Of a stretch of 25,268 nucleotides of DNA, positions 17,161-25,268 are shown piece after piece. Under the pieces are notes generated by a model. It was given only the letters and a program-made list of their open reading frames with translations. It was not told where the DNA came from and searched no databases. Within the stretch, counting starts at the first letter, position 1, and every line of letters starts with the position of its first letter. The DNA comes from an uncultured Nitrospiraceae bacterium (GTDB lineage Bacteria; Nitrospirota; Thermodesulfovibrionia; Thermodesulfovibrionales; Dissulfurispiraceae): positions 1 to 25,268 of the forward strand of contig CAMTVO010000027.1 of assembly GCA_947085205.1 (NCBI GenBank). The letters are read 5' to 3'. Both the position numbers and the translations under genes were made by a program.

Positions 17161-18792
17161 ATGCTACCATTTGATATGGAACAAACTCCTAATATGAAAG
17201 ACTATGAGAAGGAGTGCAAGGAATTTTCTCTGCCGGTTCCTGAACGATTTTCCTTTCCACTTGATGTCTTCGATAACTGGAATGATAATCCCGCTCTGTT
17301 CTGGACAGATGGAGAGCAGGAAAAAAAGTTTACATTTAATAATTTGAAAGTCCTTTCATCAAAAGGCGCAAACGCATTCAAAAGATTGGGAATCGGCAAA
17401 GGCGACAAGGTTCTTGTAATGCTTCCCAATATCCCCGAGTGGTGGGAGATAATGCTTGCGCTTATGAGGCTCAATGCAATCCCGATACCTGCTACAACTC
17501 TCCTGACATCAAAGGACATAGAATACAGACTATCAGCTACGGATATAAAAGCGATTGTCGCAACAGAGGAAGACGCACCGAAGGTTGAGGATGCAGTAAA
17601 GGCACATGGCAGTTCTCCGCTACTTATAATTGTTGGTAAAAGGATTGGCTGGAATAACTACATTGAAGAAAGGAGTAAGGCAGATGCCTTTGAGGGCGAG
17701 AGGGCCTTATCATATGAGCTTGCCCTGATCTATTTCACATCCGGCACTACAGGGCCTCCCAAGATGGTTTTTCATACGCAGGCATCTTATCCGCTTGCTC
17801 ATATGGTAACAGGCAAATACTGGCTCGATTTAAGGCCCGGAGACATTCACTGGAACCTTTCGGACACTGGATGGGCAAAGGCCGCGTGGTCGAGCCTATT
17901 CGGGCCGTGGCATATGGGAGCTACAATTTTTTCCTTCCATAAAAAAGGGAAGTTCAAGCCGTCGTCAATAATTGATATATTGCAGAAATATCCGATTACT
18001 ACATTATGCGGACCGCCTACGGCATACAGGATGATGGTGAAAGATTTACCACCAGAAAGGCTGAGTTTTAAGGCAGCCCGCCATTTTGTTGCAGCAGGTG
18101 AACCGCTTAACAGAGAGATAATAGAGATATGGAAGGAAAGGACAGGAAGATATATCTATGACGGCTACGGCCAGACAGAGACAGTAAATGTGCTGGCTAA
18201 TTTCAGATGCCTTCCTGTAAAACCGGGTTCTATGGGAGTGCCTGTGCCTGGATTCAACGTTGATATTATTGACGACGATGGAAATTCGGTGCCTCCGAAT
18301 ACAGAAGGTGACATAGCGATAAAGATAAAGCCTGAAAGGCCTGTCGGATTATTCAAGGAATACATTGGAAACCCCCGGGCAACGGAAAAGACAATAAGGG
18401 GACATTGGTATATAACAGGCGACAGGGCATATAAAGACGAAGACGGTTATTTCTGGTTTGTTGGAAGGGCTGATGATATAATACTGACATCGGGATACAG
18501 GATAGGGCCATTCGAGATAGAGAGCGTTTTGATTAAACATCCTGCTGTGAAAGAATCGGCTGTTGTGGCAAGTCCTGATGAGATAAGAGGAGAGGTTGTT
18601 AAGGTATTTATTGTTTTGACAAAGGATTACAGTCCATCGGATGCTCTTGTTAAAGAGCTTCAGAAATTTGTGAAGGACAATACCGCGCCGTATAAGTATC
18701 CAAGAAAGATTGAATTTGTCGATGACCTGCCTAAGACCATAAGCGGCAAGATAAAGAGGAAAGAACTTAAGATGAAGGAGTTCGGAAGATAA
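17161..18792 (+). CDS. Acyl-CoA synthetase (AMP-forming, short/medium-chain, ACSM/AAE-like)
   Basis: YFTSGTTGPPK, SDTGWAK, AGEPL, YGQTET, TGD, GRADD, PKTISGKIKR. Exact start uncertain because of nearby downstream ATGs. Confidence 0.9.
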   Translation: MLPFDMEQTPNMKDYEKECKEFSLPVPERFSFPLDVFDNWNDNPALFWTDGEQEKKFTFNNLKVLSSKGANAFKRLGIGKGDKVLVMLPNIPEWWEIMLALMRLNAIPIPATTLLTSKDIEYRLSATDIKAIVATEEDAPKVEDAVKAHGSSPLLIIVGKRIGWNNYIEERSKADAFEGERALSYELALIYFTSGTTGPPKMVFHTQASYPLAHMVTGKYWLDLRPGDIHWNLSDTGWAKAAWSSLFGPWHMGATIFSFHKKGKFKPSSIIDILQKYPITTLCGPPTAYRMMVKDLPPERLSFKAARHFVAAGEPLNREIIEIWKERTGRYIYDGYGQTETVNVLANFRCLPVKPGSMGVPVPGFNVDIIDDDGNSVPPNTEGDIAIKIKPERPVGLFKEYIGNPRATEKTIRGHWYITGDRAYKDEDGYFWFVGRADDIILTSGYRIGPFEIESVLIKHPAVKESAVVASPDEIRGEVVKVFIVLTKDYSPSDALVKELQKFVKDNTAPYKYPRKIEFVDDLPKTISGKIKRKELKMKEFGR

Positions 18793-18820
18793 GAAACTCC
18801 TGCTATTTCCTTGAATTTTT

Positions 18821-18849
18821 TTGTCAAGTTAGACTAAATTATATAGTCT
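18821..18849 (+). promoter_or_regulatory. Putative sigma70 promoter of ppdK with an overlapping inverted repeat
   Basis: TTGTCA (18821-18826), N17, TAGTCT (18844-18849); inverted repeat AGACTA-N7-TAGTCT. Confidence 0.4.
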
Positions 18850-18887
18850 TTTTTATACGTTGTTAAAAAATATTCTGGAGGGAATTA

Positions 18888-21683
18888 ATGGGAAAGGTTG
18901 CCAAGAAAAGCAAAAAAGCAGCGAAAACCGCAAAAGCCGCACAGCCTGCAAAGTCTGCAAAAGCGACTAAGCATGTCTATTTCTTCGGCGGCGGCAAGGC
19001 TGATGGAAAGGCGGAGATGAAAAATCTCCTTGGGGGTAAGGGGGCCAACCTCGCAGAGATGGTTAACCTTGGCATTCCGGTTCCGCCTGGCTTTACAATA
19101 ACCACAGAGGTATGCACCCTCTATTATAAAAACAACAAGAAATATCCAAAAGAACTTAAAGCTCAGGTGGATGGTGCAATGGCTAAGGTCGAAAAGATAA
19201 TGGGCAAGAAGTTTGGAGACCCTAATGATCCCCTCCTTGTGTCTGTGCGCTCAGGCGCGAGGAGTTCCATGCCCGGAATGATGGAGACTGTTTTAAATAT
19301 CGGTCTTACTACAAAGACAATTCCAGGACTCATAAAGAAGACTAACAATGAGCGCTTTGTATATGACGCATATCGCCGCCTCCTTATGATGTACTCTGAC
19401 GTTGTTATGGAAAAGGCTGCCGGAATAGAACATAGAGAAGGGGAAGGTATCCGCCAGAAGCTTGAGCACGCAATGGAAGTAATGAAAAAAGACAAGGGAT
19501 ATAAAAGCGATACTGATCTGACAGTGGATGACCTTAAAATACTCTGCGATGAGTTTAAAGTGATTATTAAGCATACACTTGGAAAGGATTTCCCTGATGA
19601 CCCACAGGAGCAGTTGTGGGGCGGCATCGGCGCTGTATTCCAGTCATGGATGGGCAGGCGTGCCGTATCATACCGTAAAATAGAGAAGATTCCCGCTGAC
19701 TGGGGAACTGCAGTAAATGTTCAGGCGATGGTCTTTGGAAACACAGGCGACAATTCAGCCACAGGCGTTGCCTTTACTCGCAACCCTGCAACAGGTGAAG
19801 ACATGTTCTTCGGTGAGTGGCTGCCAAATGCACAGGGAGAGGATGTTGTTGCAGGTATAAGGACTCCCAATCCTGTAAACAAGGCAGGGAAGACCCCTGA
19901 TACACAGCATCTACATTCGCTTGAAGAGGCAATGCCTAAATTATATAGAGAACTTCACGGCATTCAGAAGAAGCTTGAGAGACATTATACGGACATGCAG
20001 GATATTGAGTTTACCATAGAGGATGGAAGGCTCTGGATGCTCCAGACGAGGACAGGTAAGCGTAATGGTCAGGCTGCAATCCGTATGGCAGTTGAGATGG
20101 CAAAGCAGAAGCTTATTACAAAAGAGACTGCTGTTTTGCGCGTTAAGCCAGAACAGCTTGACGAGCTTTTACATCCCAGCGTTGCTCCTGTTGCCGAAAA
20201 GAAGGCAATAGAGCTTGCAAAGGGTCTGCCCGCAGGCCCTGGTGGCGCTGTTGGAAGAGTAGTTTTAACAGCGGATGATGCAGAGGCATGGGCAAAGAGG
20301 GGCGAAAAAGTAATTCTTGTCAGAAATGAGACTTCTCCGGAAGATGTTCATGGGATGCATGCGGCAGAAGCCATTCTAACTGCAAGGGGAGGAATGACGA
20401 GCCACGCAGCGCTTGTTGCAAGGGGCTGGGGCAAATGCTGCATAGTCGGCTGTTCTGACCTCAATATAGACGTGCATAAAAAAGAGGTTCATGTAAACGG
20501 CAGGATCGTGAAAGAGGGAGACTGGATAACGCTTAACGGGACATTAGGAAGGGTATACGAGGGGCAACTAGATTTATTGCCAGCTGACCCTGAACATAAT
20601 CCTTGGTACAAAGAGCTTATGAAATGGGCAGACCAGCTCAGAACATTAAAGGTCAGGACAAATGCAGATGCGCCGGAAGATGCCACTACTGCAAGAAACT
20701 TTGGAGCAGAAGGCATAGGTCTCTGCAGGACAGAGCATATGTTCTTTGCACCGGACAGGATAAAGGCAGTAAGGGAGATGATTCTTTCAGATACCTTGGA
20801 AGATAGGAAAAAGGCGCTTGCCAAGCTCCTTCCGATGCAAAAGGGCGATTTTATCGGAATATTCAAGGCAATGACAGGTTTCCCTGTGACAATAAGGCTC
20901 TTAGACCCGCCTCTTCATGAGTTTTTACCTCATACGGACAGAGATCTTATGGAGCTTGCAGACGAAATGGGCGTTCCGTTTGATAAGCTTAATGCAAAGA
21001 ATAAATCGCTTCATGAGTTTAACCCGATGTTAGGACACAGAGGATGCCGTCTCGGAATCACATATCCGGAGATATACGAGATGCAGGCACAGGCTATTAT
21101 GGAGGCTGCATGCGAGCTTGCAAAGCAAAAGGTAAAGGTCATCCCTGAGATAATGATTCCGCTTGTCGGTCATGTTAATGAATTGAAAAAGATGATGGAG
21201 ATTGTCGTCTCAACAGCGGACAGGGTTCAGAATGAGTATAAAGTAAAGGTTCCTTATACGGTAGGGACAATGATCGAACTGCCGCGCGCATGCGTGACAT
21301 CCGATGAGATAGCCGCTGTTGCCGATTTCTATTCCTTTGGAACAAATGACCTTACACAGACAGTCTACGGCCTTTCGAGGGACGATGCCGGAAGGTTCCT
21401 GCCTTTCTATATAGAAAACGGAGTGATCAAGGAAGACCCGTTCATCTCCATAGACCAGAACGGCGTGGGCGCATTCATGCAGATGGCGGTTGAAAAGGGC
21501 AGAAAGGTCAAGAAGGACTTGAAGGTTGGCATCTGCGGAGAGCACGGCGGAGAGCCGAAATCCGTTGAATTCTGCCATAAGATTGGCCTTAATTATGTAA
21601 GCTGCTCGCCGTTCAGAGTGCCGATTGCGAGGTTTGCAGCAGCACAGGCAGCACTCAAAAATAGTAAAAAGGTAAAGGTATAG
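18888..21683 (+). CDS. ppdK: Pyruvate, phosphate dikinase
   Basis: LLGGKGANL, VSVRSGA, GGMTSHAA (phospho-His), GLCRTEHM, NPMLGHRG, SFGTNDL, GICGEHGG. GGAGG SD. Confidence 0.98.
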   Translation: MGKVAKKSKKAAKTAKAAQPAKSAKATKHVYFFGGGKADGKAEMKNLLGGKGANLAEMVNLGIPVPPGFTITTEVCTLYYKNNKKYPKELKAQVDGAMAKVEKIMGKKFGDPNDPLLVSVRSGARSSMPGMMETVLNIGLTTKTIPGLIKKTNNERFVYDAYRRLLMMYSDVVMEKAAGIEHREGEGIRQKLEHAMEVMKKDKGYKSDTDLTVDDLKILCDEFKVIIKHTLGKDFPDDPQEQLWGGIGAVFQSWMGRRAVSYRKIEKIPADWGTAVNVQAMVFGNTGDNSATGVAFTRNPATGEDMFFGEWLPNAQGEDVVAGIRTPNPVNKAGKTPDTQHLHSLEEAMPKLYRELHGIQKKLERHYTDMQDIEFTIEDGRLWMLQTRTGKRNGQAAIRMAVEMAKQKLITKETAVLRVKPEQLDELLHPSVAPVAEKKAIELAKGLPAGPGGAVGRVVLTADDAEAWAKRGEKVILVRNETSPEDVHGMHAAEAILTARGGMTSHAALVARGWGKCCIVGCSDLNIDVHKKEVHVNGRIVKEGDWITLNGTLGRVYEGQLDLLPADPEHNPWYKELMKWADQLRTLKVRTNADAPEDATTARNFGAEGIGLCRTEHMFFAPDRIKAVREMILSDTLEDRKKALAKLLPMQKGDFIGIFKAMTGFPVTIRLLDPPLHEFLPHTDRDLMELADEMGVPFDKLNAKNKSLHEFNPMLGHRGCRLGITYPEIYEMQAQAIMEAACELAKQKVKVIPEIMIPLVGHVNELKKMMEIVVSTADRVQNEYKVKVPYTVGTMIELPRACVTSDEIAAVADFYSFGTNDLTQTVYGLSRDDAGRFLPFYIENGVIKEDPFISIDQNGVGAFMQMAVEKGRKVKKDLKVGICGEHGGEPKSVEFCHKIGLNYVSCSPFRVPIARFAAAQAALKNSKKVKV

Positions 21684-21702
21684 GTAAAGAAAATACTAAA
21701 AA

Positions 21703-21991
21703 GTTGAAGTAATACTCGGAGGCGGGGGAACCGTCAGCTTGCTGGCACGGACCCTCGGTCAGCTCATTGTCAAGATTGCGAGAACACATGTAGATATACT
21801 GCGTGCTCTTATTAAGGCGAAGGATTTGATGATACCCCTTCAGGAGTATTTAAAGCCTGACAACACCCTTAAAGAGGCTGCCCGCTGTGGACAGAACAGG
21901 CAAGGTGGTAGGGATGCTTTATGAAAGGGATGTATTCTTTGCAATAACAAAGGCGATGCTTGAAGAAAACGAAATGAAGGCAACTGTTTAA
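21703..21991 (+). pseudogene. Chimeric remnant: fragment of a PrpR-type activator paralog fused to the N- and C-terminal stubs of a CBS-domain protein
   Basis: 21703-21822 matches 23258-23377 at 108/120 nt by manual alignment. It continues KAKDLMIPLQEYLKPDNTLKEAA (CBS start); in another frame RLPAVDRTGKVVGMLYERDVFFAITKAMLEENEMKATV* (CBS end, TAA 21989-21991). Confidence 0.75.
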
Positions 21992-22053
21992 ATCTCTAAA
22001 TATCTGTCCAAAGGAGTGACGAAAAAAAAGAGTATGGAAGGGTTGATTAAAGA

Positions 22054-23019
22054 TTGTTTAAGGATATAGTGACATTTTCCTCAAGGAATCTCGTATATAT
22101 CATTCCGTCAACGATTATACTTGGGTTAGTAGTTGGATATTTTATTGATACTTCTGCCTTAAAAGAGCTTATTCTTCCTGTTGTGGTGCTTATGATTTAT
22201 CCGACGATGATAGGTTTTGATATGCGCGAACTTGCCAATTTATCGGAGAAAAGGTTAATAGTAGTATCACTTTTTATTAACTTTGTATTGGTGCCTATTT
22301 TTGCATACCTTCTTGGCTTTATATTTTTAATAAAGAACCCTGAACTCTTTGCTGGATTAGCAATCGCCTCTCTTCTTCCTACATCTAATATGACAATTGC
22401 CTTCACAATGTTTGCAAAAGGGAATGTTAAAGCGTCTATAAAGCTTACGGTCTTTAGTCTTATTTTAGGTTCAATTCTCGCGCCATGGTATCTGTATTTC
22501 ATGGTCGGAAGATATGTGCCTGTCGATATATGGTTAATATTTAAGACTATAGGAATCGTTGTGTTTCTGCCTTTATCCATGGGCATCTTAACCTTCAGGT
22601 ATTTAAGAAAGAGATATACCATGGAGGAGTTTAATATAGGAATTAAGCCCTTGCTACCAGGGATAAGCGCCTGGGGTGTTATTTTCATTATATTTACGAG
22701 TATCAGTATGAAGTCCAAATTAATATTAGATAACCATCATCTCCTGGCTGTGGCTGTTTTTATACAGGCTGTTTTTTACCTCATAAATTATGTTCTTGCT
22801 GTCACTGGTTTTAAGTTGAGCAAGCTTAATAAAGCGGATGGTTATGCCCTTATCTACAGCACTGTGTTGAGGAATCTCGCAATCTCGATAGGACTGGCTT
22901 CTACGATATTCGGCACTCAGGCTGCCCTTATGGTTTCATTGGCATTTTTATTCCAGCCGCAAGCAGCGGTGTGGTTTAAAAAATTAGATGAGAGGTATCA
23001 TTTTTTATCAGCAAGATAG
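22054..23019 (+). CDS. Bile acid:Na+ symporter / Acr3-like (SBF/BART superfamily) transporter
   Basis: About 10 TM helices; MIYPTM, INFVLVP, LLPTSNMT, GNV, RNLAISIGLA. TTG start uncertain. Confidence 0.8.
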   Translation: MFKDIVTFSSRNLVYIIPSTIILGLVVGYFIDTSALKELILPVVVLMIYPTMIGFDMRELANLSEKRLIVVSLFINFVLVPIFAYLLGFIFLIKNPELFAGLAIASLLPTSNMTIAFTMFAKGNVKASIKLTVFSLILGSILAPWYLYFMVGRYVPVDIWLIFKTIGIVVFLPLSMGILTFRYLRKRYTMEEFNIGIKPLLPGISAWGVIFIIFTSISMKSKLILDNHHLLAVAVFIQAVFYLINYVLAVTGFKLSKLNKADGYALIYSTVLRNLAISIGLASTIFGTQAALMVSLAFLFQPQAAVWFKKLDERYHFLSAR

Positions 23020-23095
23020 ATAATATCAAATTAGAAAACATTATGAATACCCTCGCCTTATTTATTTTTATGGAAGATAATTATTAAAATAAAAC

Positions 23096-25033
23096 ATGGA
23101 TTCAAATAGAAATTATAAATTTGCCTTCATCTCTCCCTCCGCTGAAATAGGCGAAGCAGTCAGAAATTGCTTGGATCCACAGACCGAGGATTTGATAATA
23201 AAATTGGCACCAATGGAGGAGGCTGTCACTATTGCAAGGAAGTTCCTTGATGAGGGGGTCGAAGTAATACTCGGAGGCGGGGGAACCGGGAGCTTGTTGG
23301 CACAGACCCTCGGTCAGCCCATTGTTAAAATAGCGAGAACACATGCAGATATAGTGCGTGCTCTTATTAAGGCTAAGAATTACGGTTCCTATATCGGTCT
23401 GACAAGTTTTGCTACACCAACAGACGGCATCGAGATCTTTGAGGAATTGCTCTCTATAAAAATCCGTCAGATAGTTTTTAATACCACAGAGGAACTGATA
23501 AATGGCATATCAGGGGCCTTTGATGAAGGGGTTAAATGTATTGTTGGCGGAGGGATTTGTAAAAAGATAATCACGTCCCTGGGAGGGGTTGGTATCGTTG
23601 TCCTTCCTTCAAAAGAGGTGATTTTGCAGGCCCTTCGAGAGGCCAGAGCCATTGCTTGCGTGCGAAGGAGGGAGCAGGAAGATGTAGCGCAACTCCGTAC
23701 CATTCTTGAAACGATTAAAGAAGGGGTTATAGTGATCGACAAAGGAGGGAAGGTCAAGATATTCAATCAAATGGCTGCGGACATCGTTGGTATTGAATTG
23801 AAAGAGCGATTGGGGGAGCCTCTTCCAAATGTTATTAAGGGTACCGGGTTGCTGAAAGTTCTCAAAACAGGACTGCCGGAAATAGATATAATCCGCCGGG
23901 TAGGAGATGTGGATATTGTAATCAATACCATACCTATAGTTATCAGCGGTGAGATATTCGGTGTTGTAGCAACATTCAAGGAAGCTGCCAGGATCCAGAA
24001 CATCGACAGAAAGTTAAAAGAGAAGCTATATATCAAGGGATTTGCAGCAAAATACACAATAGACCATATCAAGGGCGAAAGCCTGGTAATGAAGCAGCTC
24101 CTCAATAGAACCAGAAAGTATGCGACAACCGATGCAACAATTTTAATCCAGGGGGAAACCGGAACAGGAAAGGAGATTTTTGCTCAGAGCATACATAATT
24201 TGAGCGACAGGAGAGGAAAACCCTTTGTGGCTGTCAACTGTTCAGCCTTGCCTGAATCATTGTTAGAAAGCGAACTCTTCGGATACGAAGAAGGCGCATT
24301 TACAGGCGCTAAAAAGGGTGGAAAGATCGGCCTGTTTGAGATGGCAAACGGAGGGACTATCTTTCTCGACGAAATAGCGGATATCCCTTCGAGCCTTCAG
24401 GTGAGACTGTTAAGGGTTCTTGAAGAAAAAGAAGTTATGCGTGTTGGCGGCGACAGGATCGTTTCCGTGGATGTACGGATTATCAGCTCGACTTATAAAG
24501 ACCTCAGGGAAGAGGTGAACTTAGGAAAATTTCGGGCGGATCTTTATTTCCGTTTGGCAGTTCTTAAACTCGATATCCCGCCTCTGAGGAAAAGACCGGA
24601 AGATATTCCTTTCATCGTTCAGGAAATTCTGTATAAATACGGCAGGGGAACAAAAACAATTTCGGACAAAATGGTTGACCGGATGAAGGGATATAATTGG
24701 CCTGGAAATATCCGTGAACTGGACTCCCTGATAAAGAGGTATGTAGTCTTGCTTGGCAATTTAGAGTCTGATGACCATTTGCTCTACGAACTGCTACAGG
24801 AATTAAATGACAGACGTGGCATTGCGACAAATAAAGAGAGTATCATCAATGGAGAACTACAGATCGATACTCCACCAAAAACCCTGAAAGAGCGGTTAGA
24901 AGAATACGAAAAGATCGTCATTGAGGAAACGTTAAAAGAAACACAGTTTAACAAGAGAGAAACAGCGAAGAGATTGGGTATTAGTGCGAATACCCTTTGG
25001 AGAAAGCTGCCGCCGTCAGACACATCCCATTAG
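23096..25033 (+). CDS. Sigma54-dependent activator with PrpR-type N-terminal domain, PAS, AAA+ and Fis HTH
   Basis: GETGTGKE, ESELFGYEEGAFTGA, FLDEI, DLYFRL, WPGNIREL, C-terminal HTH (TAKRLGISANTLWRK); N-terminal VGGG motif typical of PrpR_N. Confidence 0.92.
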   Translation: MDSNRNYKFAFISPSAEIGEAVRNCLDPQTEDLIIKLAPMEEAVTIARKFLDEGVEVILGGGGTGSLLAQTLGQPIVKIARTHADIVRALIKAKNYGSYIGLTSFATPTDGIEIFEELLSIKIRQIVFNTTEELINGISGAFDEGVKCIVGGGICKKIITSLGGVGIVVLPSKEVILQALREARAIACVRRREQEDVAQLRTILETIKEGVIVIDKGGKVKIFNQMAADIVGIELKERLGEPLPNVIKGTGLLKVLKTGLPEIDIIRRVGDVDIVINTIPIVISGEIFGVVATFKEAARIQNIDRKLKEKLYIKGFAAKYTIDHIKGESLVMKQLLNRTRKYATTDATILIQGETGTGKEIFAQSIHNLSDRRGKPFVAVNCSALPESLLESELFGYEEGAFTGAKKGGKIGLFEMANGGTIFLDEIADIPSSLQVRLLRVLEEKEVMRVGGDRIVSVDVRIISSTYKDLREEVNLGKFRADLYFRLAVLKLDIPPLRKRPEDIPFIVQEILYKYGRGTKTISDKMVDRMKGYNWPGNIRELDSLIKRYVVLLGNLESDDHLLYELLQELNDRRGIATNKESIINGELQIDTPPKTLKERLEEYEKIVIEETLKETQFNKRETAKRLGISANTLWRKLPPSDTSH

Positions 25034-25080
25034 TTTTTTAGACTCCTTTTTTATTTCAGACCACATTTAGATTATTTCTA

Positions 25081-25216
25081 TCGCAATATTGACATCTACC
25101 TATCTCACAAATGGAATTTAAATTCTCACAAATGAGATGCTTTGGATTTCATTTCTCGTAAAAAACAATAATATCAAATAGTTAATGATGCTCAAAAATC
25201 AGGCACGCAGCTTGCT
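25081..25216 (+). promoter_or_regulatory. Sigma54 promoter with activator UAS and IHF site
   Basis: -24/-12 AGGCACGCAGCTTGCT (GG 25202-03, GC 25214-15). IHF consensus TATCAAATAGTTA (25172-25184). TCTCA-N4-TGAGA-like sites at 25081, 25103 and 25124. SD AGGAGG at the window end. Confidence 0.85.
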
Positions 25217-25268
25217 TATTAACAAATACAGAAGCTGAAGGCTTCATAAAAATATATAGGAGGAGTTG

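Noticed and set aside
21270..21660. Apparent GC rise in the ppdK 3' end suggesting a recombined segment
   Set aside because: Visual impression only and could be normal variation; would need a GC3 or recombination analysis.
21669..21686. AAGGTA AAGGTA TAGGTA hexamer repeat across the ppdK stop
   Set aside because: Triplet-compatible, short and without an inverted arm; not clearly part of the 7/8-mer family.
21739..21924. 61-aa ORF as a genuine small protein
   Set aside because: Explained as a chimera of PrpR-like and CBS fragments; TTG start with no convincing SD.

Overview
Bacterial chromosomal window of moderate GC, mostly housekeeping and central-metabolism genes. The protein styles suggest an anaerobic Nitrospirota/Thermodesulfovibrionia-like organism; this is my impression and was not searched. 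Gene order: partial amphi-Trp gene; minus-strand gcvH-lpdA-eno-ftsB-GH57 cluster; UbiA/MqnP-type prenyltransferase; decayed N6-adenine MTase/type IIG-ISP-like restriction-modification gene; MtaD-type amidohydrolase; LysM L,D-transpeptidase plus MepK/YcbK peptidase; RMD1/DUF155-like remnant; phosphoglucomutase; tRNA-Ser(GGA)-ffs-dnaX-ybaB-recR; acyl-CoA synthetase; ppdK; a chimeric PrpR/CBS remnant; an SBF/Acr3-like transporter; and a PrpR-type sigma54 activator followed by a complete sigma54 promoter (UAS, IHF site, -24/-12). Three signals are not explained by the gene list. (1) Short 7-8 bp tandem arrays, four of them arranged as (unit)n-spacer-(reverse-complement unit)n hairpins. They use three different units, several overlap start or stop codons, and further arrays lie inside the dnaX linker. 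(2) Several 'hollowed-out' genes in which the termini survive but the middle is deleted, at apparent microhomologies. (3) Palindromic elements translated in-frame inside the R-M gene. No CRISPR array, transposase or integrase was seen.
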